Assembly (NCBI GenBank): GCA_002633005.1
Contig: NMRA01000097.1
Coordinates: 707,734-771,733, forward strand
Source of the DNA: Phoronis australis
Lineage: Eukaryota > Animalia > Phoronida
Direction: 5' to 3'
DNA: 64,000 nt
The position numbers and the translations under genes are program-made. Below, one piece after another: positions 53,562-64,000 of this stretch (within the stretch, counting starts at the first letter, position 1; each line of letters begins with the position of its first letter). Below the pieces are notes generated by a model. The model made no database searches. It saw only the letters and a program-made list of their open reading frames with translations, and was not told the origin of the DNA.

Positions 53562-53807
53562 TTCTCCTATTACTAAACATTCAGACAGACAAAGCTTTGA
53601 CGATCAAATGCCCTTCATGTCAGGAGTGCGCCAATGCTTTACTGGCACTTTGCTGGCTTTTTCACAACCACCTTTGTAGCCAAACCGCTTACTTCAAAGG
53701 AAACACATATCCATGGACAAAAGTCCTTCGTTTATCGACGCATTATTCATAGAACTCTGGACATGGAATGCCAACTTACGCAAGTGACCTATTTATTCTA
53801 TTGTTAG

Positions 53808-53888
53808 AACCTCGCTGGTTCCCTACGTGCCCAGCCAGCATCATGCTGGCTAGCGACCACCTAGCGGCACGCAGGGAACCAGCGAGTT
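53808..53888. repeat. Short branched hairpin element
   Basis: ctcgctggttccct.cgtgcc ... ggcacg.agggaaccagcgag, enclosing the inner palindrome agccagcatcatgctggct. Confidence 0.75.
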
Positions 53889-56800
53889 GCTAGAGCGTGC
53901 AACCCCGAGATTTCACGGGATTAGCCGCGAGAGTTTGCACTACATGTTTGAATTTTCTGTTTTCTGCTCAAGTTTGGATGAGGTATCGCAGTTTTCAAAT
54001 CAAGTTTACATAATTTCACAGATGTTCGGATCGCGGAGACTACTAGAGATCCGTCTCTGCAAAACTAGTCAACAAACCCGAAAATTACAGAAGCCATTCT
54101 TTATATCATGGCACCGACCTGTGGCCCTGGATGGATGTCGGGAATATTTTGGCCTCAGGTAGCTTTTCATCTCCAGTCTCAGAGCCACTTTCAACAACCT
54201 ATCAAACTACATCTTAGGATTTTCAACAAGGCATTTTTGGTTGTTAAAATCGAGTTACTATTTTACTGAAAGAAGTGACGTTTGATTTCTGAGTGTTAGT
54301 TATGCAGTTACTGTATAAAGGAAAAGTATAGGCCCTTCTCACAGGTGTGTTTACGTAACTTTCGCCTCACCATCAAAACATCCTGCGTTTTGACACAATG
54401 CAAAATTAAAATATTATCATATATAATTGTAAATTCCCACACGAGATGGCCCCATCTTCCCGTGCGAATAAAAAAACGGATGTTTCAAGATCTTGCGACA
54501 ACAAAACTACAAAATCTCCACAGTACACTTTTGAGTTTTACATCTCCAGTTCGACAAACAAATGTATGCTGTCGGGACGTTTTTGTGTGCTGCGACGAAC
54601 ATTTCACCACCAAGCGTTTTAGCATATAGACCCAGATGTCCCGCCTTTCAATCCAGTTGTCCCGTTTTTCATTGTAAAATGTTGACAACTACGCAACAGG
54701 TGTTCGAATTGTCTTTTTGTTAATAATGTTCATTTGCTATTTTCCACACTCCACTTTTTAGTAGCATAACAATCCAATCTTCCATTGTCTGCTCTTTAGG
54801 GTAACACTCAGGTAACAGGATTTCTAGTTTTGCTTTCTGAAGAAACGAGTTTGTTTCTTAATTTCTGTGTAAAGTTCCACATATATAGCAGCCAATGTAA
54901 CACAATGTTTTTCCCATTTTTATCAATCAGAAAACCTTGCAAATTTCGAATAATTATACAAGTACATGCATAGGTAGTTGGAGTAATTAGTTTATCACAT
55001 TTTTGTAAATGTCACTGCATCCTGAATTTTTACTGAAGAATTGTATTAAACGGCACCAAAGTCCAATTAATAAATAAAGATGTATAATTTTGGACTAATT
55101 TCTTCCCAGCAACTGTGAGGGTTCCAGAGTAGCAATCTTTTGAACCAGTGAAATTATCTCCCTGCTGGTTTAATTAGACATCTAACCTTTGGTTCATTTC
55201 CTTTTTATGTTAAACTTGAGTAGTTGTCTAATTAGTAAATTATTCAGCCAATTAGTACTTGGAAGGCTTATTATTACATTTTCTAATGTTCACGGTTGGC
55301 AACACTGTTGGTGCTTTGAATTGAAAAATATATTTTAAAACTGCGAGGTGTGTAAAATGATAACTTTTCACGAAGTAAATCAATGATTTTTTGTTTGTGG
55401 TATGACCATACACCATCAAGAGCTAACGAAGGACTTTCCTATGATATACGCTCTTATGTAACTTCGGGAAATTGCGGATTCGCGAAAAGTTTTAGCGATA
55501 GCAAAGAAGGTGACACTTTTGTCGTTGGCCAGGTGTTAAAATATATATTTGTAATTTTTCGTCGTAGATAAACGATTTTAATGTCACGTGGTATTAGAAC
55601 TCCGGTGGTGTTTCATCATATTGATGTATTTTAACGAAATTTCAAACTTTCCAAGTTTTTGTAACATGTCTAGATAGCTTTACGTTACGTCTAGCACGTA
55701 GGTAGCGCAGTAGGCCTTCCCACGGGCACCTCCGGCTTCCCGTATCGCGGGATCCTCCGTTTGACAATATTTGGGGCCCATTAGTCCGCAAAAGATTCCA
55801 AGAATATATATGACATTTGTTCAGAAGACGTTTTCGGTGATAAAAGATCTACACCCACTTCGTTTCTACTAAACAAATGTTCCACCCTCAACTCTATATT
55901 CCATAGCAAGAACCAACACCGGAACAAATGAATTCAGACAAATCCTACGCATGTGTGGCGCAGCCTCTGCCGCGCAACATTGAAGCTGGCGTTCTTGGGC
56001 CGCTTTAACACGAGAGATAGTTGTCACCGTGTCAGTATTCACGGCGCAACTTGCTCCACTTTAGACGCATTTACACGATATTAGATAGCAAACTGGATCA
56101 CCATGACTCGCTTACACGAAGATCGTCTGCGCATCATGCTCGCATAAACAATAGCAAACGTCCAAACTACTTGGAATGCCAGCTTGCTGCTGGTCTCCCG
56201 AATACACGCTATTCATTGCGCAAGCGCATTGAAAGATAATCCATTTCCGCCTGCTGCAGTTGTGTTTAGACGTGTAGTGGACACTGGAGCAACTGATTGT
56301 GTGTAATTCGTAACTGGCCACCGCAGAGTTACTCGCAGTCGTGTTTACACGCACACTTGCGCCAGGTCAGCTGTCCCTGATGTAAATGCGCCTAACCGTT
56401 CTACAGATCTAGGCAATAATCATGTTACTACGACATATAGTAAACGTGTTCTAGCACGTTTTTCATGATTTGGGCGATATAAAGTGAAGTGCTGGCAAAA
56501 TTGACCCCTGTTAATAGCTCATGTTTCTGAGAGTTCTGGCATGTAGCTGGTTTACGGGACTGTCAGTTAGCGCTTTCGCCTCTCCTATGAGCTGGTCCGC
56601 TGCGGATATGTTCTCACTCACAGCTTACTTTGTTTATTACCTCAGTTCTTTTCTAAGGAGCTGTAGCCGAGTCTTTTTCTCATCTAGTTGGCAAATGCAG
56701 TTCTAATACTAACTGTTTCGGCCGTTTACAGCTACGAAGTAGTCTCGGCTTGGTTCTCACTCAGATTTGAATTGATTTCTGTGTTAATGTGAGGAAGTAA

Positions 56801-58264
56801 CAGCGCGGGATAGTAGTGACGTCATGCTCGGCATAACATTGCCAACTGTCTAGCCAACACAACGAATCTGATCTCCAGCATAGGAGGATCAATCCCCAAC
56901 ACCGGAAAATCATCATTCAGAGGTAATTTGAGACCACCATAGAAGTGGCCTAAATCAAAGTATGTTATACGGTTGGTTTGTTGCATCCAACAGTAAGTGG
57001 AACGTAAACAGTCTCCACGTTTGTATATTTGTACTATTAACAAGCTACAGTTGGATGAGTTTCTCTGATGGGAGGATCGAAATGACTTTCGTTTTCGTTT
57101 TCAGCATGATATTGCTAAGTGAAAAACAAACAGGCATACCAGGTGTTGCATTCTCCACACATGGGGCGCTAGTCAATTGCAAGAAGGAGTCCACAGCTGG
57201 CATTAGACAAAATGTCTCCCTCTTCGCTTGACTTTTGGACAACTCCGCAAACAGCTGAAAGTAAATCAGAACACTATTGAAAGGTCACGACACACATGTT
57301 TCTTCCAAGCTATTAATTGCTTTCAAGAAGATATACAGTGTTCGTTAATCACTGAACACACACGAAGACAAGGACTGAGTTACTCCCCAATCCCGTGCAT
57401 TTAATGCCTGGTGGGCCACATGAAACCCAAATTTGGAGAAACAAAACCCGAAAAAAGGTTATAACGTCAGGGTTTACGGGTGAACCTGTTTATGGCAGCA
57501 ACACGATCACCGTGCTAGTGCAGGTAATGATACATTGTACCACAAATTCTTGTCCCTTACCCAAATCGCCATTTCACCCCCATGACGCAAATTTCACAAT
57601 TATCCAGACCGTCATTGGTGGTTTGAGCCACAGACCAACACAGGTGGCAAATTAGTCGCACGTGATTTCCCCGCATCCCGCTCCCAAAGCCCATACATGT
57701 ATAAAGGCTGCCAAATGGTGTTAAAAATGCTACCGCTAACAAGTGTTTTCGGTGTCACTGCATGGTCGGTCAACAAATATAGTTTGTTTTTTAAACTATT
57801 TAAACTGTCGAATGAGGGCGTGTGTCTCACTGCTTTGTTTGTCAAACCACAGGAGTCTTTAATTAACTCCTCCGCGATACACTCTAATAAAGAGGGTCCG
57901 ATATGCCTGTGGCCGAACTGTAAAGCAGCACACGTGCCCACTGCCATGCTGGCCTTACAGATGTGTGTACAATTACGCGAACACGATATCAAAATTAGTC
58001 ATACGTCGACGTGTTCCCTCGAACGTTGCTTATCCTTTGGTTTTTCAATGCTTATGTGTTTATTATTCGCAATGGTATACTATGACGGGATTTGATGTCC
58101 GGAAATATTGCTACTCACTGTTTCAGAGCTTAGCATCTGCATTAATGTATACAGCTCGCACATATAATCAATTCTGTCTGAATGACGTTATAAAATCACG
58201 GCTGAACTAAGCTTTCAGTTCCCAACGTTCGTAACTTAGCTTCAAAATATACTCTGCTCAGTAA

Positions 58265-58565
58265 AGGGACACTACCGGCTTTACGACTGAAAAACGTATT
58301 TTGGGGACGGCTGGATGGGATAGACTTCATATTGACCAACAAAACCTGTTGTGATTTTTGTATTTGTTTTAAAAATCGTCAATTATCGCTACTCAATATG
58401 TCACTGACAGAGACAACCAAAATCGAGGCCGGTGACTTAACGCGATATAAATGCGCTTAAAATGAGATTTAGTTCCGCCAGCAAAGCGTTCGCTGGGGTC
58501 GTATGTTCGAATGAGCGCTGAGGCTTATCTCGGAAAAGAACTTCTCTACCCGACAGTGTCTCTTT
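58265..58565. mobile_element. Diverged copy of the TTAA-type MITE at 16250-16578
   Basis: taa|agggacacta ... cgacagtgtctctt; shared internal tgtgattttt...aaatcgtcaatt and aggccggtg. Confidence 0.6.
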
Positions 58566-60315
58566 CGTAGCGAGCCGACCAAAACTTGACGTGATCTAAA
58601 TAATTCTTTGATGTCAAAGTCATCTTAGAAGCAATTATGCAAGTCACAATTCGCGAAAACTGTTACTGATCATTGTTTGGGAATAGCCAAGCAGAGTATA
58701 GTAAATAGACAATTTTTTGAGTTCATAATACGAAGTTTTAAAATGGAAAGATTGTCTTATACTTGACTTATAATACATTTCAGGTCACTTACTCAGTTTC
58801 CCTCTCACTGGACAATGTGTGACTAATTTTTTTCCACTTAGGAATGCCTATGGTCTTGTTTTAATTCAGTTTTGCAACCATGAATATAGAACTGAGTTTA
58901 TATTTATTTAAAAGTCACATGCGGGAAGTGGTCAGTAAAGCTCTGTAAGACGGTGTCTCACAGTCGATTCATAAAGGTTCAGAACCATTCACGCTGGTAT
59001 TTGTCAGTAATCGTGTTGTTAAGCATGTCCTTTAATTACTGAAGAGTCGTTGACGATACCCCTACTCAAGCGAAGTGCATACGGCCGTATCTCGTAACGA
59101 GACTTAAAAATAAATGTAAAACTTTCTCAACACAAAAGGCTAGAATTGACTGGGTAAAACAATACACATTTTCTGGAGATCAAAGTTGTAATTTACAGCG
59201 TGGAAAAAGAAAGTGAAGACTAAAACTTACAGCAAAATACCATAAATAAGATATGGCATTATGGGCTATTTTCTTAAAATACTGAGAATGCAACGGTCAC
59301 GAATATACGTGTATGGCCATGGGCTTGTTCCCGAATTTGAGGCTAGATATATACACGCAAGGCAAGTCGTATTTTTTCTTGCCAATCAGCCATGATCTGT
59401 ATCATCAAAACCAATCAATTGTTGGTTGGGTAAAACTTTTCCATAAAAATAATGAATTCTATAATAAGAAATAAACATTGCCCATATATAAATTCAAATA
59501 AATTCCAGGGCAATCTAATTGTTATCGGTTGTACTTACTTGCGTTCATGCTCAATACATAAAATGAAAACATTTGCTCAACGGCAGCCTTACTGTCAAAG
59601 CTCAAATAAATACCGGAAATGGAAAAACGATAGTGGTGTACTTATTATTAATTTATGATCTATAAATACATAAATGAAGAACAAATCCGATTACTTATAT
59701 TTGAAAACAATGAAAGATAATTGGGTTTGGGAAGAGCGGTAAGCAAATTTGAATATTTTGGGAAGACGGAAATAGTCTTTTCATACCAAATGATTTGATA
59801 CTTTTTATCAAAATTTTAACCATTTTGAACTTGTGCCATAAAACATGTATAGATATTTTAAAAAGGAACATGGAAAATGACTGATATATACAACAACCAG
59901 ATAAAATGCATATGCATTCAAACGAAGGCAGGAACATGTTGCAGTATTACAAATGCATATCCGTAGTCATGGCAACACTACTGAGTTTCTCTATTATGCT
60001 ACAGGTGCTGGTTATAATTATGTAACGTTTTGATCAAGAGATAATTATAAATATACACTTTATCTAATCCATACTGTTGTATGCTTTCTATGCAGTCACG
60101 TTTATTCACATGAGTAACCATTTTTTGGACTTCCAAAATTATGCTTCTGGGATCTTTTTCATGAAAACTTACGTAAAAATGTATTTGCATGCTTCTAACT
60201 ATGCTAATGTATAGCAGGAACTAAATGACAATGCTATTTTAGCATAGTCTACGCTAAACAAAGATATTCTGCAAACAGGTGACTTTTGCACTAATGACGT
60301 ACATGTACCTCGAGA

Positions 60316-60420
60316 GGAGGCAGTGTGGCCCGGTTGATAAGTGCCCGCTTTCTTTACTCGAGGTCGTGGGTTCAAGTCTCACCAGGTCACACTGCTAAAC
60401 CCTTGAGCCAGGTTTCTAGC
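60316..60420 (+). mobile_element. tRNA-derived SINE head
   Basis: ggcagtgtggcccggttgataagtgc (A-box-like), ggtcgtgggttcaagtctc (B-box), then cccttgagc.agg, typical of invertebrate SINE cores. Confidence 0.6.
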
Positions 60421-63400
60421 TCCTCAGCTCGGTTTTAACCATACAGTGTACATGTATATCAATAAAGCATAAAAATATTTCCAGGTGATCAGTGCAATGG
60501 GCCCACATGCTAGGCCTGCGCACGTCTGATACAAGGTGTATCAGACCGCCTGCAATTATTTTTTTATTTATACATGTACCTCGAGGAGGAAAACAAAAAA
60601 ATCTGCAAATAGGTGACCTTTGCACTAATGACGTATCTCACGGGCTCGCATAGCACACATCATGCTGTGTTATTCCCCTGCACCACGTCACGATACTTAC
60701 TGGACACGATTCAGTGATTTGCGGTGGATCATTTTTGCCACAAAACTCGTTCTAACAAAAACTTAATTGGCAATTTTCAACTTACTTAATATCCACATCG
60801 TCGCTATATGTTGTGTTTCTAATTAATTTGGCCAAGCAACCAAAGAGATAAAGAATTAGCCTGCAAGTTCCAGTTAAAATTTGGTCTTACGCTCCACATA
60901 ATTATTTCTAAAAAATAATGAAATCTCACGTGAGCAAATATGCAGCCTCCAAGAATATACACAAACGTGTTATCTACTGTAGAGATAGTTTTAATAAATT
61001 ATTCCTAGATTGAGATGCCGTGATAATTACTTTGCTAAACCTTCATTCAGCAATTGACCTATCGCAAGACCCGCCCCCTAGCGAAATATCCACAAACAAA
61101 CAATATTATTTACCCGGCAACTTGCTGTTCGTCGTGTTAAATGGCGGCTTGAAAACGACGGTGTGTCAAGAATGCTGCGTTCTGATTGGTCAGTTACGCT
61201 GTCACTCAAAATCCTGGCGATAGCTCAGTTGTGGAGTAGGAGCATAAGACCAAATTTCTGTTTTAAGTCTCACGTCATGTTCATGACGCGGACAGCTGGT
61301 TACGACACACCAGCCATGAGCGTCTGCTATTAGTAATTGATTTGTGCATATCTATATCAATAATTCAACCCAACTTTGATGTTGTTAAAACGCCTATTTC
61401 CATTTTAGTGCACTGGCGACTACTTTTGGGTTATCAAAATGTTCTACTGGTGATAATAGTCCTTTGATAAAGCAAACAAAAAGTTTAAATTCTTCAAAAA
61501 TGCCGTCGGTATAATGCGGTGTGCGCAACTAAGTTTGCTGTTGTAACCCCTGCCATCAAACCTGAAATCGGTGACCGTGGCTGTTCAAATGTCTGGTTAC
61601 GCAACTTAGCTTAGCAACGCCACTCCCCTCCAACTCTCAACAAAATTAGGTCAACCAGTTGCGCTCTGGGCATGGATGATTGCTTGCATGCGACATAACT
61701 ACCTTCAGGCCTGAAGTTGCTGATTTTGGCTAGCAAAATAAATGGTTGCCGTGAAAACGGGGCATATTTCAACTTGACACCCTCCAAGTTTCAAGGGATA
61801 GTCTGAAACTGTAAATACTGCATAGTTGCTTGCTGTCACGAAACCTGCATTGCTAATTTTGGCCGACTGACTTAAACTGTAACAAAGTTTAACTCTGGCG
61901 ATAGTTTCTACTGGATTTGTGGTCGTTTCAATTGAAATTCCGGTCCTTTATCTACCCGTAGTAAGCGTAAACCGTGGTCATGTCCTTAGTCAAAGCGACC
62001 GGGCGCCGGATCCTCGTTCGTTTCTTCTGGTTATAGTGAATTCAGAGGAATCGAAGTCTCGTCTCGGTTAGATTGTCGGGTCGGGCTGCAGCCGGGCCGG
62101 GCAACTGGGTACGTCTTGTGTTGGATTAAATTCGAACCGAGAACACTGACGGACCATGTTTTTTCAAATAAGTTAATTACCTCAACCAACTGAGTACAAG
62201 GATAATAAATGTAATTCAAATGACCCAATAAAATGCACAGTTACTGCAGAAAGACGACCACCCCGCTTGCAAACTGTCGGGCGACAGACGGTTTTATGCG
62301 AACGCGAACAACTTACCAAGACACGCGTGCACCCAGCCTTCAAAATGGAGAGGCTCGAATTCCTGACGTTATGGACCTTTTGCTAACAAAAGAGGGGGCG
62401 GACTAAAAAAAAAAACGTGAGCACCACTGTGAATTGCGCGTTTGCGCTTATTTACTCCTTTTGTCCGAAGACATCGGACATTTTGTCACTCAGGGGCGGA
62501 CCTTTTTGCTCCCGTCGCCAAATGGGAGGCTCGTTCGTCAGGATCATTGGTATCTGAATGTTGCATCACGTGGCGTAGTTTCCCTTACTTCCCCTAGCTC
62601 CATTTACCTTCTCATGACACACATATTTACATTTTAGCATATATCACTTACATGTAGAACTGCGTGTTGATCTTTACGCAATGGTAAATGTTGTTAGTTT
62701 TGAAGTCCTCATAGTGTAATTACTATGATAATGCCAAATATTTTCTCTTCAATTTTTGTATCAATCAAACCACAAAAATGGGGTTGAGGTCTTGGGGAAG
62801 TTGAAAAAGACCACAAGAACAATTCGCTGTCAAATTTTAGGGAGGGGTTTTCAGATGAGGGGGCTGAGCTCATATCGCAGTAGGCTCTGGTCTTCTGGCA
62901 AACTTCTAATACCAGCAAGGCGCTTTTAAGAACTGGCCGTTGTTGCCATGAGTTTACGGAAATCTGCGCTAATAGATTTTCCTAGAATTCCAGTTTTGAT
63001 GATTTCCGCCAAAGAGCTGTAGGAGGATATGCAATTTTGTCGTACAGTAATTACATTTTGATACGTAAGCCTCTAAATTATCGGTAAATTCCTTAAGTGC
63101 CTGCACCCTACATCCCACTAGATTTCCAGCTCACTTTGTTGACATCTCCACTTAATAAACCACATCCTAAAATACAACAGTGACCTCTTTGATTCTGTTT
63201 TACCCATAGTGCCGAGAGCCGCAGGGGCACTAACAGTTAATCGCTTCTGAGATGCTAATCAGTATTTTTCAAATTTCGTATGCTACTAAACTTTTTTCTA
63301 TTGCGCAGTGATTGCAATATAACCATCAAAGTATTGACGAGCTGGATCTGGCGCCGAATATTGTTATTTTCTCTTTCGTCTCCTCGGGAACATTTCGCGG

Positions 63401-64000
63401 CCTAAACTTTCGAATACGATAAATTATACATTTGCCAACAGAAAGAGCTGAATTCGGACACATACTTGAAATTGAAATTTTCGGTGCTGAGTAGTTTTGT
63501 TGAACCAAAATAGAATAGACCCAACACCACATGACTCTGTAGCGCGTCAGTGTATCTTTTTACCGTTGGTTCTTCTCATGCTTGCCTAGAATGACGTAGT
63601 ACTCGTGACTCGTGTACGTGTACTTTGGCCTGCCCCCCCCCTTAACTCAAAATCCTGGACCCGCCCCTGTGAGACACCTCTGCAGTTCATCCAATTTAGT
63701 TAATAAAACTTCTTCATTAACTGAAAGGTCGGGGGACTACTCCGCTGACATTATGCTTCCGTTAATGTAATTATTGGTTTCGAGCGTATTTACCTTCGAC
63801 TGCCTCGGTGTTTTTGCAGAGAATAGTTACTAAACTGTAGTTTTTGTCAGAGATGAAACTTAGGACTGTTGCACGGTAGCTGTACGCTTACTGGCGTATT
63901 CGTACATGTACATGTATTTAAGGGCGTCACCCCGCATGAAGACCTGTCGTGTCACGTACTCTTAATGATTTCTAATAAGTAACAAATGTATGTAGCCTGT

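Overview
Eukaryotic (animal) genomic DNA, AT-rich and intron-rich, with one assembly gap and several single Ns. Gene content, repeat types and frequent TACATGTA motifs suggest a marine invertebrate, possibly a lophotrochozoan (inference only). Most ORF-track entries are spurious. Splicing by hand at GT-AG sites gives three complete + strand genes. (1) 1018-5515: a 5-exon, 294-aa secreted protein carrying motifs I associate with a bacterial beta-propeller family (EASGLAAS..HPGILYT.NDSG, DWED.AVGPC, IGD.G.N), a candidate old horizontal transfer. (2) 16782-22552: a 4-exon, 334-aa secreted protein with a PAN/apple module fused to a hemopexin-like four-repeat domain. (3) 34587-46604: a 13-exon, ~1165-aa single-domain receptor-type protein tyrosine phosphatase with a mucin-like ectodomain and non-canonical catalytic motifs (KNRF, WPH, HCSPGTGR). 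A fourth, partial orphan gene lies on the - strand (~49187-51185). The rest is mostly transposon debris: a TTAA-flanked Kolobok-like element, TTAA-flanked MITEs, several MITE families with 5-bp TSDs, fold-back palindromes, LINE 3' fragments, tRNA-derived SINE-like pieces and microsatellites. I found no CRISPR array, operon or prokaryotic-type system. All models are manual and unverified by transcript data or database search.
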